A stretch of 64,000 bases of DNA from Nageia nagi. Taxonomy: Eukaryota > Plantae > Pinophyta. Location of the stretch: contig JBITNC010000001.1 in NCBI GenBank assembly GCA_050084985.1, forward strand, positions 150,722,001 to 150,786,000, written 5' to 3'. Below the pieces are notes generated by a model that was not told the DNA's origin, did not search any database, and saw only the letters and a list, made by a program, of their open reading frames with translations. The translations under genes and the position numbers were made by a program. Shown here in pieces: positions 13,958 through 28,327 of the stretch (position 1 is the first letter of the stretch; each line of letters opens with the position of its first letter).

Positions 13958-15096
13958 TATGATGATCCAAAAATTAAAATTCACACTCACACTAGCAATA
14001 CAAGATCATTAAGCCCTAATGTCAAGTCTAGGGCATCCAATACACATATTCAAATCCTCAAACATGCAACATCAAGGTTAGGGCATTTACATTAAATATT
14101 GAGATACCCAAAATACTAATGTATAGCTTACACAAGCATAATCCAAATCCTAACACATTAAGATCCCTTTGAATGATTATCACAATTGCATACAACCATC
14201 AAGATCCAATGTATGCATAAAATGAAGCAATATATATAAGCATGAGATCCCAAATACCCTTTAGCAATACAAATGATATATAATAATAGCAAATATAAGA
14301 CCAAGCCCAATGGGAAATCGTTAGTCTTACAAGATCCAACTAAGGCACAACACTTTGATATCTCCAACATTAAACAACTATAAAACCATAGGATAGATTC
14401 ACTCCTTCAAATCCTGAAGCCTCTCCACTAAAGTAGCCCTCCTCAAAACCTGGCTAACCAATCAAATGGTAGAAGTAAACCCTTTGGATGCCACCAGATG
14501 GGCAAAGATGCTCCACCAATACCATCAATAATTAGGATCCCAATGCTTGACTACCCTCTTAAGTGATCTACCTAAGGAATATGCTTAGCACTTCGCTAAG
14601 GTCTTGTCCATCGGATAAAGTAAAAGAATAAGAGTAATAATGATCAATAATAGTTTTCCAATACTGAAGCTCTAATGTCTATTTATACATTACTTATGTT
14701 TGGAAGTCACATAAGAGTCATTTGAATCCCATCTAATCAAATGTTGGGTATTTGTAAAGACCAATCACTTAAAGTACCAATGTGGGGGTCATGATCATTC
14801 ATAATGTCAACATGGGGGTATGGGGCCCTCCCTAGTGTGTTGCTAGCATGCTAATGGCCTTCCATCACTCCAATGCATAAACATACCTTGGTATTCCCAC
14901 AATTTGGGATCTCTAATGTAAAATATGCCTAATCTACTACTTAGGAGGGAAATATCCCACTTAGGGCTCACAATGGGGTCCACTAGACCCATTAAGTCTC
15001 CTATCCTAAGTTACATAATGCAAATGCTGGTACATTAACTATGTATAGTACAAGATGACTAGATTGGTCCACTAAAAGTACAAGGGGGATGTCACA
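13958..15096 (-). repeat. 5' LTR of element B
   Basis: Direct repeat of 8924-10149; adjacent to PBS. Confidence 0.92.
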
Positions 15097-15719
15097 TATT
15101 TTGATAGCAATACCATCTTAGTCTTAATACCTTTGTTTATTATCTAGAGTTTTGATAGCAATGCTAACCTAGCATCATGGAATTGTAGGACATGTTAAGG
15201 ATTTTTTTTATGATACCAAGATGATTGAGTTTTGTTGGAGCTAGTTTTTGAATGAAGAAATTATAATTACTAAGCACCTTTCTTCATGATTTCTACATTC
15301 TATGTGTGGATAAATTTGATTATTACTTCGCTCCTTTGATTTGATAACTTTGATGAGCTTTGAATCAAGTGGATGGGATAGACCATATGGTGTGAATATT
15401 AAATATCATATCTTATGTGAGCATATTATGTATGGGATATGTAGTATGTATTTATTTATGCACATCATTCTTGTATTCATGGTGGAGAATATTATTCTTC
15501 ACACCTTGTTTCTCTTCATTCAAGAGAAATTTGTTGGTGATTGGTTCAAGTTCTTTACTTGTGGAGATTTCATCTTCCTTGGAATGATCTATGTTAAAGA
15601 AAATTAATTTTTTCATGGTTTTTTTGAGGAGACTATTCTTTCTAATATATATTCCCCTAATATACTTTGTTAAAGAATTTTTTTTCAAATATATTAAAGT
15701 CACAAATAAATAACTTTTA

Positions 15720-18700
15720 GATAAAGCCTTGGTTTGTGTGGGTAGATTTTAACACACCTCTCAACATAGAAGATACATTTGGGTGGAGAATAAACCTATC
15801 TATAAGTATGATTTATTTGAGATAATCTCTAAAACAAATTAATCTTGTTAATATCCCTCTTAAAGGACATAAATAAACTTGGTCAAATATAATAAAGGAA
15901 AATATTTCATCCAATAGAGGCTAGATAGAATGGTTGAAACAACAAACTAGATAGAGGAGTTTCAAAACTCAAAATTAACCTCACTTCAAAGGATAGCACC
16001 AAACCATAACCCTCTAAAACTAAACATGAAGACTAGACAAAAGAAAAAGGCCCCCTTGAAATTTGAATTCATGTGGATGTTACATCCTTCTTTCAAAAAA
16101 ATATGAAGAAATGGTGGAAAAATAAAGCCCAAGGAATCCCTACATTTAGACTAACAAAAAAACTAGGAGTAGTAAAGTTGGAACAAAGGAAATGGAACAA
16201 AGAGGTGTTCAAGAATGTAGATGAGAGGAAAATAGAACTAAAAGAACTAGAGAGTATAGAGCTCTCAATTTTAAGCAAAGCAAGAATAAAGGAATTACAT
16301 AAAAGAGAAATAATTTATTTCAAAATACTACAAAATACTCACTCAAGAAGAGATACATTAGCAGAAAAAGTTAAGAATATTTTTGCTAAAAGAGGGTGAT
16401 GGGAACACTGCATTCTTAAAAATGAAAACTTTTCAAAGAAGAGTAGCAAACAAGATAGTTAAGCTGAAAAAATAAGATGGAACCCTGTTGTAAGAGGAGG
16501 AAGAAATTAAGGATGAGGTGGAAATATTCTACTAAAAGCTACTACATTTAGATCAAAACTACAAGAAGGTATCCACAAGAAAAATTCTAGAATACATATA
16601 GAAAATAATAAATCAAAACATGAATTCCAACCTAGCAAATAGAACAACCAAATAAAAGGTAAGAAGAGCATTTTTCCTCATGCACAAGGATAATGCCTTA
16701 GGACTGAATGGCTTCCTAGCTAGCTTCTTCTAGTAAAATTGGTAGATCATTGAAGATGATGTTATAGAAGAAATAGTAGTATTCTTCAAGAAGGGGAAAC
16801 TTTTGAAAGCATAGAATGCTACTTTTTTAGTGTTGGTGCCAACAATCAAAATAACAAAAGAACTAAATGAATATAGGTGAATCATCCTATGCAATGTGCT
16901 ATACAAAATTATCATAAAGAAAATGATTGAGAGGATGAAGTAGTTTATTCCACATATTATATCTAAATAACAAGATGGGTTTTTGCTAAGTAGGTAAAAA
17001 ACAAATGGTATAATACTAATGCATGAAGTGTTGCACTCAACTAAGTTCAAAAAAGAGGAGTCAATGCTTCTTAAGTTAGACATGGATAAAGCCTATGAAA
17101 GAGTCAAATGGAACTTCCTAAACTTAATTCTTTGGATAAGTTCATATTTGGGAAGAAATGGAGAGTGGATAATGGAATGTGTATCCTCACCTAAGTTCTC
17201 TATTATAGTGAATGGAGAACCTGTGGGATTCTTTGCATCAAAGAGGGGGCTTAGGAAAGGTGACACCATATCACTTTATTTATTTAAAATTATGACTAAA
17301 TCACATGGGAGATCTATCCACCAAGACCAAATGGAAAATAAAATCATAGGGATAAGGTTATCTAGATAGTGCGAACCAATAACTCATCACCAATATGTTG
17401 ATGACAAAATGCTAGTTAGATAGGCCACAAAAAATGAAGCAACATAGTTTAAAAAGATTATAAGACTTTATGAAAGGAAATAACACCAACCATATAACAT
17501 GAATAAAATAAAAATGTACTTGTTAAACTATAGAAGCAGAAAATAAAAGAAACTCGAAAAGATTTTTGGCTACTAGATTGATGAACTCCCCACCAAGCAC
17601 CTTGAGATGCCACTTTTCACAAGTAGAATGATAACTAAAAACTAGGATAGTTTGATAGATAAAATAAATAGGAAGTTATCTAGATGAAAAGGCAAAATCA
17701 TATCCTATATTGTAAAAGTGCTTCTAATCAGTTACACACTACAAATTGTGCCCATTTATGGTGTAATGGTATTCAAAATGCTAGAGACAATTACCAAAAG
17801 AATAGATCAAATCTATAAAAGGTTCCTCTAGGATGGAAGAACATAACAAAATAAATGTACACTAATGATGTAGAGAAACATTTTGAAATAAAGAGATAAA
17901 GGATTTCTAGACATGTGAGGAGAATGAAGCACTTAAGTTAGGCATTAAGAGGAAAGATATCTTGGAAACTAGCAAAGGAAGAAGAAAGAGAATGGGTTAA
18001 AATATGCAAGGATGAATATTTGGAAAATAAAAAATCAATTTTAAGAGTGGAAAATCCCCTTATGGAATGAACTAAATTACATCAAACACATCTTAATAAA
18101 AAACACAAGCTACACAATAGGTAGGGGAGATTCCACTTTCTTTTGATAAGATGCATGCTTAGAGAGAGACCTTGAATAAGTTACAAAAAAATAAGGAAAT
18201 GGGTAGAATGGTAAATCAAGGAGAAAGGGGATAGATTAAGATACTACTATAATAACAAGGAAGGGAAATATTGAATTCAAAATCCATTATATAAGTAAAA
18301 TGAAACATAATTCAACAAAACCATAAAAGAGTTAGATCAAGAGGCAAGGAAGACCAACTAAGATCAAGACACACCTAGGTGGATAGTCTCTAAAATCATA
18401 GAATATAATGTTAGATATGCCATCATATGGCTAACTAATGGTACATGGGAAGATAATAAGGAACTATGGAACAATGTATGGTTAAGGACATTGATTCCTA
18501 AAATTACTTTTTTAATGTGGTTGGCCATCCATAATAAACTAGCAACAATAGATAATATTCAAAAAAAGCCATTCAAATACCAAATAGGTGCAACTTATGC
18601 TATAGGAAGAGGATTCATAGGAACACATTTTTATACAATACAACTTCACATATGGAATAGAATTAATAAGGAGCTGAAATTCTAGGGAGTTTTCCCAAAA

Positions 18701-19330
18701 GCCATACAAGAGTTTCTTTTACGATGAAATCCAAATATACTAAGTAAAGCAAGAAAAGTACTATGGAATTTTATTCTAGTACACACATTTTGGTAGATTT
18801 TTAAAGAGAGGAAGAAAATAATTTTATTTAATAAAATAAATAAATTTGACCACATCTATAAGCTAATTATACTAAGAGCCAGAGAGAATATAGAAATATG
18901 CACTAGGAAGATTGTAAATTCAAATAGTTTTAGAATCTTGAGAGACAACAATAATAGAGAAAATAAACCACAAAGTGGAAGATGAATTCATATAGAGGAT
19001 TTAATACATGAATAAGGATAAGGTTTGAAATCAAAATATAAGGTATATTAACTTAGATTAATATCTAAAACTCTAAAATTAAGGAAGATGAGTAGATTTA
19101 CCCAAGGTTAAATGAAGTAGCTAGAATAATGCAAAGTGAAGCATGTGGATAACATTGTGAATAGTGGTATTGATGACTTCATAAGATCATTAAAATAATG
19201 CCTATGAGTAATTATAGAAATCATATAAAGAGTTGTCGGTGTAAAGAAAGGGAGAAAACTCACAAGTGGAAGAGGCAAATGGCACAAGCACTAAACATGT
19301 TAGTAAGATAGAGGAATTCCTAAGCAATAT
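15720..19330 (+). mobile_element. Decayed 5'-truncated L1-clade LINE (endonuclease end, RT, zf-RVT region, probable RNase H)
   Basis: LDR motif near 15921; KLDMDKAYERVKW; RGLRKGDTISLYLF; HHQYVDD near 17385-17405; PKITFLMWLAIHNKLAT; RNase H-like remnants at about 18960-19320. Ends approximate. Confidence 0.85.
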
Positions 19331-19641
19331 AAAGCATGTCAAAAAATACTATGATATCTAATTCTTCATGTCATTTAAAAAGTAATACTTAATGAGAATG
19401 AAAAAATCAAATCCAACCCTAGGAGTAAGAAGACGATGAACTTTGGGGATAGGACAAATGACACGATAGGATCAAGGAATGTTATGATTAAAATGCAACC
19501 CAAGATAAATGAATTAACTATAATTAGAACTAACTAATTACTTAGGAAAGAGGTCCCAAAAAGGTTTTGAAATATATAGAGCCTAAATTTTGAGGAGGAA
19601 ATAAAGACAATAGCTATAGGCAAGTGAACTTTCAAGGAATT

Positions 19642-21110
19642 ATGAGGGATGACCTAGTAAAGATAGAGCCTACATCAATTATAGATACAAGATAAAATGT
19701 AGCAAGATGGAAGATTCTTTGCACAAGGGAATGAAGAATTTATGGAGGCTTGCATAGGATTCAACAACCAACTATCAATTAAAGTTGGGTGCATTCAAAA
19801 CAAATGAGGTAGAATTATCCTTCATAATGGAGACAATAGCTCAAGCCATCCACATGCCCAATGCAAGGGTAGAAATCCATAGGAAGGGTAATATCAATAA
19901 ATTGGTAGCAAGAGACAAATTCAAGTAGGCTCTAAGAATAGGTCAAATGTTAAAACCATATAAGACAAGCATAGGGAGGTTAAGGCTACCCTAACCATGG
20001 GATGAGGTTGTCAGATCCCTCATGAAATATGTTACACTAGAAGGGAGGCACAAAGTGCTAAGAGCATATCATTTTGGATTACTCAATCATTTCAAATTTC
20101 CTAAAATAGATAAATCCATATTTCCTTTTTTCATCCTAAATTTAATGATAATTTCAATAAGAAAATTCAAAACTAACTTAGTAGATATTCCACTACATGA
20201 GTTTGTTATCAAGCTTGTGTATGATAGAGAATCAACTAGCTGATTAAGGAGGAACCCCAGAGTCATAATCGTAGTAGGAGGCAGAGAAATTGTAACAAGG
20301 GGGCCCAAGGAGCTAAATGTTGTAATTAGAAAGGAAGAGGAGGAGACGCCTTTAGTAAGGATTATTCCAATAATAAGTTCACAAATGAGAGGAGAAAAAA
20401 TAAAGAAAAGGGAAACACTAGCCAACCATAAGTGCACAAGAGAGTGAAATACAAAATATGGTCACAAAAGGTAAAATTGGACCAGTTGAGGAGAAGGACC
20501 ATAATAGAAAAAGCCTCAAGGATAACAAATAAAGAAAAAAGGTATAAGAAGAATAGGTGAGAGGTGAGGGAGATTTAATCTCATGCATGATAACCAAGGA
20601 TAAGAAAAGGAAGACATAGGAACCTGTAGAAAAATAGCAACACAAATAAGAGGTAACACCATTAGAACAAAGGGTAAGGAGTGATGAACAAAAAAGAGCT
20701 TCAAAACACTAACATGAATAAGATGAAAGTAACAAGCACTTAAGTAGGGAAGCAAAAAGTAGAATATGGAGAGCATCAAGTAGCAATCTTAATAATAACT
20801 TGAGGAAAGAAAAAATAAATGCTGACTAAAAATGAATCTAAACCACAAATCCAAACCATCAACCTATAAGAAATGGAGCAACCAATGAAGTATTAATTTA
20901 AAATAAGAGCCATGAAAGTAAATGAAGTCAAATCAAAGTAGGGAACCAAGAATGAAAGTAATGAAAAGTAATAAGAGCTAATCAAAGTCATTGTTCACCT
21001 AGTTGGGAATAATAAGAGGTCAAAATGCATTCTAGTTTGCATGCCTAATAACATCCAACTCCATAATCAAATTCTAGTAGAGGTGATGATCCAAAGGGTG
21101 AACCAAGCCT
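19642..21110 (+). pseudogene. Decayed TE-associated ORF of unknown function directly 3' of the LINE
   Basis: MRDDLVKIEPTS at 19642; one frame from 19800 reads ETIAQAIHMP...LP*PWDEVVRSLMKYVTLEGRHKVLRAYHFGLLNHF, followed by a K/E-rich tail. Confidence 0.5.
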
Positions 21111-21157
21111 AGTGTCTGATAATATTGGGGATAACCTAGTATTTTAGGTATTATTAT

Positions 21158-22237
21158 GGGTAAGTACAAGAAGTTGATTCCCACTTTGGAGGACTCATGG
21201 GACTTAGTTTTTTTAATGCAGGGTTAGGATCCCTATCCCATCTAGTTTGGGATCCCTAAGCTAGGATCAAGATCATGGGGGTCAAGATCCCACCCCCTGA
21301 GATCATGGTCTTGGAATGCTATAAATAGATGAGGGGACTAGGATCCTACCCCTTAGGATCCCAATCCTTAAATTCAAAATTTTTACCTACCCTTTTCGAT
21401 CAAAATTAGGTTCAGTGACTTGAACCTTAGCTTTGGACCTGCAACTTCATAGTCATAACAATGGTAATGGACTTTACCAACTTTTGAAATGTGTTTGATG
21501 ATGCTTTTCAAAGCATTATTTCATGAAATTTTGTAGGATTATGGATGAGAGAGTGCAGATTTCAAATATTCTATTTATTTAATAATTGGATTAGATTTTA
21601 TATTTTTAATATAATTTCCAATGAAAGAGGGTCCATAAACTTTAAAAAATAGGATTTTGTATTTGCTAAATAACTTTTTATATTATTGGAATTATAAAAA
21701 ATAAAATATATGTCCACAATCTACATACAATTCTCCACAAGTTTTAAAAAAATGAATTAAAAATGATAAGTTTAGGTCAAATTATTTTTGAGAGATACAA
21801 GCATTTTTCAAAATGATAATTAGGTTTGATAAAAAAATTAATAAAAATAATAATTTTCATGAAAAAATTACAAAAAATATCCTCCACAATATTTAATGTC
21901 TTAGGTATATTTACCTAGAAGTATTTAACAAAACATTTTAATTTAGGTCCAATTATGCTTGAGGGACAGGATGGGGGTGTGATTCTAAAACTATATTTTT
22001 TAAATAGTGGGTTTTAAACATGCCTATCAAAATTTTATTTTTATGAAATGGGTATTGGAATAAATTACATATTTGAAAACCAGACTTCGAGCACTACATT
22101 TTTATGAGAGTGAACTTTTTCAATATTTCAAATCTAAGTACTTCAAATTTTGAGATCAATTATGACAAAACATGAAAATCAAGTAAAATAGTTCCACTTT
22201 TTAGCCAAAAGTGGGACTCAACTTCTTGCACTTACCC
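21158..22237. mobile_element. Non-autonomous TIR DNA transposon (about 1.08 kb; PIF/Harbinger-like or similar)
   Basis: Left GGGTAAGTACAAGAAGTTGATTCCCACTTT (21158-21187) and right AAAGTGGGACTCAACTTCTTGCACTTACCC (22208-22237) form a 30-bp inverted repeat with 2 mismatches. Flanks are TAT and TTA. Interior is non-coding and AT-rich. Confidence 0.8.
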
Positions 22238-22675
22238 TTACATAATAATATGTATAACAACTACTTCAATAAAATAAACAATAAGTTGAATTCCATCTTC
22301 CAAGGAGGACAAGGAATAAATATTCTACAATTGGGAAACTACCTAGGAAGGCAATCCACAACTTAAGCAACTAACTAGTGATTCACTTTCCTTAGTTTAG
22401 GTATCCTTTATAGTGTTGAAGGTGATTTGAACTCAAGTTGTTAGTGGAAATAGTAGAATAGATTTGTAATATATCTTTAGGAATAGCTTTTTCTAAATCG
22501 ATACCAAACTCAAATTGATTTTTACTACTTAAAAAGTAGAATGTAAGTAGTGTAGGAGAATGAAGCAAACAACTAAATAGTTAAATGTTAGACGAATAAC
22601 TAGAATAATAGTCCATTTTGTAATTTTTGGATCAAATGGAGATGTATAGGTTTGAAGTTATTTTAAAAACTTCAC

Positions 22676-25600
22676 TTTTTATGAATACATTATTTATCCC
22701 TTATTAATAAGAAAATGATATGTGGCTCGTAGATAGTGGTTAACCACCATTACAAGGTGAAATACTAGATAATCCACTCTTCCAACTCATCCCATGGGCT
22801 AGGGATCTTGTCCCTTGTATACTCTAAATTATCCTTTCCAACATATTTACCCTCTTCCTAAAATTCATCAATTTTGACCTACTTTATTTTGACATGTTTA
22901 TTGTATAACCTCCCTTCCAATATCAAGGTAGTATCCATAGTAATTTCCTCCTTGGATAAGTCCACTTGAATTGAACCCACTATCATATAATTATCTTTAC
23001 ATGCCTTCACAAATTTGCAGGAGAGCTCCATGTCATGGCTCCTACATTGGTTGAATAATTTGGTTCTCCACCTTTTTGAATCACTTCCACACCTTATTTG
23101 ATTTCACATCATGGAAATATTTTGACTCAACATGGTGTATATGCCCTATTTTCCACCTCTCAGGAGTTGCATCAAGATGAACTATTCAAATTGGTGGTGT
23201 TTAGCACCTTTTGCTAGTTTCTAAATACTTTATCATCACCCATAATTTTTGATACATGCCATATTTCACCCTCAACCAAATCATAGTATTGAAATTTTAC
23301 TTAGGGGTTGTGGCATGATGTTGTATCAATCAAGCCATGTGATCAAAATCCCCCTCTCATAATTTTAATTCCCAAGCTAATGATATATCCATCATGCACT
23401 CCACCTCACCATATTATATGGATGATGGATCCTCTAAATGAAGGTTTTCAAATAGCTCTCTAACTATAACATTTGATGTGGGGTCCATATTCAAATAAAT
23501 GATCATATTTTCTTTGATAGCTTTCATGATCTTATCCAAGATTTTTGCTATAAGCAAGTTATGGTATTGGAAAATATGCATGTTCCTTTCCTTCCATATG
23601 GTCCATATAGTATGTGGTACTACAAGAATCCAATTTTTGGCCAATTTCTTCCTCTCATCTCCCAAGATCCACTATTAAATTAGCCATCCAAACTTAGATG
23701 GCATTATCCATTCATAACCTAAAATTCCACTTAGTGTGTTCCAAACTTTTGAATCAAATGAGCAATGGAGGAACAAGTGCCTAACTATTTCTTCCTTAGA
23801 TCCACAAATGATACATTAGTTGGGGAAAATCATTCCCCTTTTTCTTAGGTTTGCATTAGTCATGATGACACTCACTGTAGTTGCCCATGTAAAATAAAAC
23901 TTTTTAGGATAAGGCCCTTTTCCCATACCTTCTTCCAAATTCCTTTCTTAGCATTCTTCATTTTTGTATATAATTTATTACATCTGATCTTTTACTAAAT
24001 AGTTAAGCTTTACACCTTTATCTCCTATCTAGTTTAGTTCATCATCCTTATTTGAGGGAAGATCTTATATATATATATGAACCTGAACCTTAACTTGCTA
24101 AAGGATCTCTTCAACTTCTATATTGGGGGTTAGGGGGATAAACCACTAAGCATTTAGGTTTTCCTTATGGATGTAGTATTGTACTTTGCATCTAATTTTT
24201 ACTTTTTTTTATTATATAGACAAATAGTATCCCTAAACATATCCCAAAGGTTTTAGTTTCAACCATGGATCATCCTAGATCAGGACTTCATTACCTTTGT
24301 TAAGTTTTCATCTCAAGTTTAGCTAGATTGTATCTCTTATTTCAACTAACTCATTCTAAAAATCATATCATTTTAAAGGATTAATAATCCTTAGTATATT
24401 ATTGGTCCCTTCCATATAATTGACACGAACTATCTTGATCTAATCATTAACTAGACCATAAAACAATTTCCATACCATCTTCATCCTAAAAGCTTGATTG
24501 ATCCATCTTATTGATCTAAGCACCAATCCTCCTTCATTTTTTTCCCTACATATGTTTTCCCAAGTAAACAAATAGATTTATTTTCTCTCATCTCCCCTAG
24601 TATAGAGGAATGTTTGACAAATTTGATAAATCTTATTAGTCACCAATGTTGTAATTTTAAAAATGCTAACAACATATATTGGGATACTTTGTAATGTTGT
24701 ATTAACTAGATATAATTTGTCAACTTAGCTGAGTAATGACCCTCACCATCCTAATAATCTATTTCCAATTGCTATCTAAAACCCCATTCCATAGTGTTTT
24801 TTACCCTTACACCAAATAAGGGTATTCCTAGATTTTTTGAAGGTAGGGTATCTATCTAACAGCTAAAGATTTTTGTAATCTACCTTTACTTCCTTTCGGA
24901 GTATTGAAGAAGAAAATTTGGATCTTATTAAAGTTGATTCTCTAATATGAAGCCTTTTTATATTCTCTTAGAATTTTGATTAGTTCCCTTACCTCCTTCA
25001 TAAAAGCTTATCCATCCAGAATTATGTCATCCACAAATTGGTGGTGAGTGATAACTTTACACTCTATGGTAGAGATAATACCTTTAACCTTATTTTTTGC
25101 CTTTTCATTTCTCATTGATCTTCTTAGAGCCTCTATCATGATGATGAACCAATAGGGCAAGATTGGGTTACCCTATCTCAACACTCACCATGAGTTAAAG
25201 AATCTAGTTGCTTCACCTTTCATCAGTCTTGAGAAGGTACCAATTAAGATGTTGGTTCAATCCATTTCCTCTATTGGGTATTGAAGCCAAAATTCTTTAG
25301 CATATTATCCAAAAAGGCCTATAATACACTATTATAAGTATTTTGCATATCTAACTTGATTAGCATTCTTGCTTCTTTTTTATCTTAAAGTTAGATGGAT
25401 CAAATCCATGTGCATGGTGATAATTCCATCCCCAATTTATCTTCCTTTAATTTTATAAAATTATCTTACTTCCAAGAGATTAGCTTGTGGAGAATCAGTT
25501 GTATCCTATTTGCCAATATTTTGATAATAATATTATATATTGTATTGCAAAAATTAATATAATTCCTTTATGTTTGAGGCCCTTTGAACTTTAGGTATTA

Positions 25601-27520
25601 GGGCAATAAAGGTAGCATTCTAACTTTTTAACAGGGAATCATTTTGTTGGAATTCTTAGATTGTTTATGTTATCTCATTCCCTATGATGTTCTAAAAGGT
25701 TTGGAAGAATATTGTAGAGAATCCATTTGGTCTTAGTGCCTTATATTTCCCCATCGTAAACACATAATCTTTTACTAGTTCTTCCTCTAAGAAGAGCTTT
25801 CTAAGGTTGGTACTTTCTTCCTTCCCTATCAACTTTAGGATATTTCTAAGGCTTCTTTGTAATGATAAGAGGTCTTCTTATTAGTCATGAGAAAGTAATT
25901 TTTCATGAAATCTTAATACTATTTCCTTGATTTTCTTAAATTTTTTTCTCAAATTCAATTAAAGGATCCATGTCTCATGGTAGTTATTCAAAAAACTTAA
26001 GTATTCCTATCACCTCCTCTTAGCCAAATTACACTATATTTCTACTTTCAATGATTATTTTCTTGTAGCCTAATCTTTTTATATTCCTTCCTTAGTTCCT
26101 TTTCTTAATTAGATTCAACTTGAGATATTGCTCTCCCCTCTTGCTGATAAGAAGCTTCAATTTTTCACAATGTTCTTTTGATATCTTTTTTTCTCCTTGT
26201 GACATTTTGGAATATAGTTCTATTCCATTTTGATTGCCACTTGTGACATTTTTGTTCCATATTCTAATTTTGCGCTCCACCATTATTTAATTTTATTCTC
26301 CATATCTGTATGTGTAATCCACATCACCTCAAATCTAAAGGAGGTCTTCTTTTTTATAAAAGTTTCAATAGTAAGAAGGCTTGGTCTATGATCATAATCT
26401 ATCTTTGTCTTGCAACACATATAATATCTTGGAAATTGAGCTACCCAATCTAGAGAATAGAGAGCTCTATCCGATTTTCATTGGATGGAAGTATCCTTTG
26501 CCTAATTATTTGACCAAGTGAAGGTACTATAACTAGTTAGACTCAAATAAGTTGATAAATTTCCTCAAATCTTCCATATTACTCCCCCACTTAGCTTTTC
26601 ATATAATTGTACATAATGGTATTAAAAAAACCCATAACTAACCATAGGAGATTACTAAAGTCTCTTCTATCTCTAGAAATATTTTCTAATAATTTTGTTC
26701 TTTCACGTGGATCATTGTAGGCATAGATATATTGCAATAAATTCAAAATTGGAGCTAACAATCTTAATGAGCATATGTAGGTACCTATTTGACAACCTAG
26801 AGAGGGAAGTACCTTGTATTGTAGTTGGGTTCCATATGGAAAATAATATTCTAAATTATACTTCATATGATTCCTTATAATTATGCCCTTCTCCTTTCTA
26901 AATTTTATTAATTACCTCCATCATCCTTTTTGTTATTGACATATGACATTCTCTTCCTTAGTAATTTCAACTATCTCAATACACCTTTGTTTAATTCATC
27001 TTGGTCTAGTGGTTAGAATGTGTTCCTTGTTTCAACATTTATCTTTCTTCTAAAGTTTCCTCCTCCTCTATTTTCTTAAAATCAATCATTCCTTTGGTAT
27101 CCCTAGTCTCTTTTGGTTGGAGTATTTCATCCTTCATGTGGCTTGGCATTTTTAAACTTTACTTTTTTATTTGGATATTCTCTTGCATAATGATTAAATT
27201 TATATACATATGCTATATCTAACAAGGAGATTCTTATAAATTATTACCCACCTATCTTGAAAGTATTCAATGTTCAATTACCCATCTCTAAATTTGATCT
27301 TAGTTGGGTTCAATTCCTACAAATCACCTTATTAAAGTATTCCTTCTCTTATCTCTTTCAATTTCGAGGATTTCTTTTGGAATAATAAGTCGTGCCACAT
27401 TATCAACTATGTTTGCCTCCATAACAATGAGACTTTATTTCTTATGACCACATTGGCCCAAGTTTTTGATGGCGTAAGTGGAGGCTTCAACCTTGCCTTC
27501 TCCATGATCACTTTGCTTTG
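22676..27520 (-). mobile_element. Decayed L1-clade LINE with ORF1 remnant, endonuclease, RT and zf-RVT
   Basis: ITHHQFVDDII near 25021-25053; CIICGSKEEIVRHLFLHCS near 23760-23816; WTIWKERN; endonuclease-like IYAYN..WLVMGFFN in 26591-26866; short T-run at about 22676 as tail. Ends approximate. Confidence 0.85.
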
Positions 27521-28327
27521 GATGCAAATTTAATTGATATTATCTTAGAACATATATAGAAGATTTAAGAAAGGATATTTAAAGAGGTCCAACTCTCCAT
27601 TGTAAAATAATAAAATTTTCTCAAAGATTTACACTTATGAGTGATCATAATAGGTTGTTAAAAATTACATTTCTATCATGTTATATGACTTTTCTCTTTA
27701 TCCAAAGATATATATATTTAAAAAAAAAAGGATTCATGAAGTTTGATTACCATCAAAGAATCCTATTCAATGAAATAAGGCTTCATTCATCGAAATTGAT
27801 ACTATATTTAAATTTGCATTAAGTTCAAAGACCAAAATTAAATAGAATAGATGAAGTCAAAACCTAAATCCATAAAGTTTGAACATCATAAATAAAGATA
27901 AATATATCATTTATGTAATTGTTCATACTCTCTCTAAAACATTATAATATTTCCTAAAACAATATTTATTCCAATTCAATTCCTCACATCATATAAAATC
28001 AAACATTATTATAAAAACAAAATCAAATAAATCAAAATACCATTCCCATAAAAGGTTGATTTGTTACAAAGTATTCAAGGGAAAAAAACATATATATGTA
28101 TGGCAAAGGATGCAATTTAAGTCTCTACACTTGCATGCCTTCTAATCATGTGAATCCAAAAGATAGAGATTAGAGTTTCTCCTCTCAAACGTTAAAAGGA
28201 TCAGCTACTGATTTGAGAGAATCATGCCTTCCTTGATGAAGCATAAACTAAGTGTTTTCCTCAAGGGAGAATCCCTGATTCCGTACACTTCCAAATTTGC
28301 ACTCGTAGTCTTAGTTAAACAAGAAAA

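Larger units (their letters stand above)
8924..15096 (-). mobile_element. Non-autonomous Gypsy-derived LTR element B (gag plus protease, no RT/RH/INT; TR-GAG-like)
   Basis: LTRs 13958-15096 (5') and 8924-10149 (3'); TSD TATTA/TATTT; PBS TGGTATTAGAGC at 13944-13955 (minus); PPT AAGAGAGGAGG just inside the 3' LTR; gag HLEGDALEWW; protease VLIDPGASHNF near 11930-11955. Confidence 0.9.
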
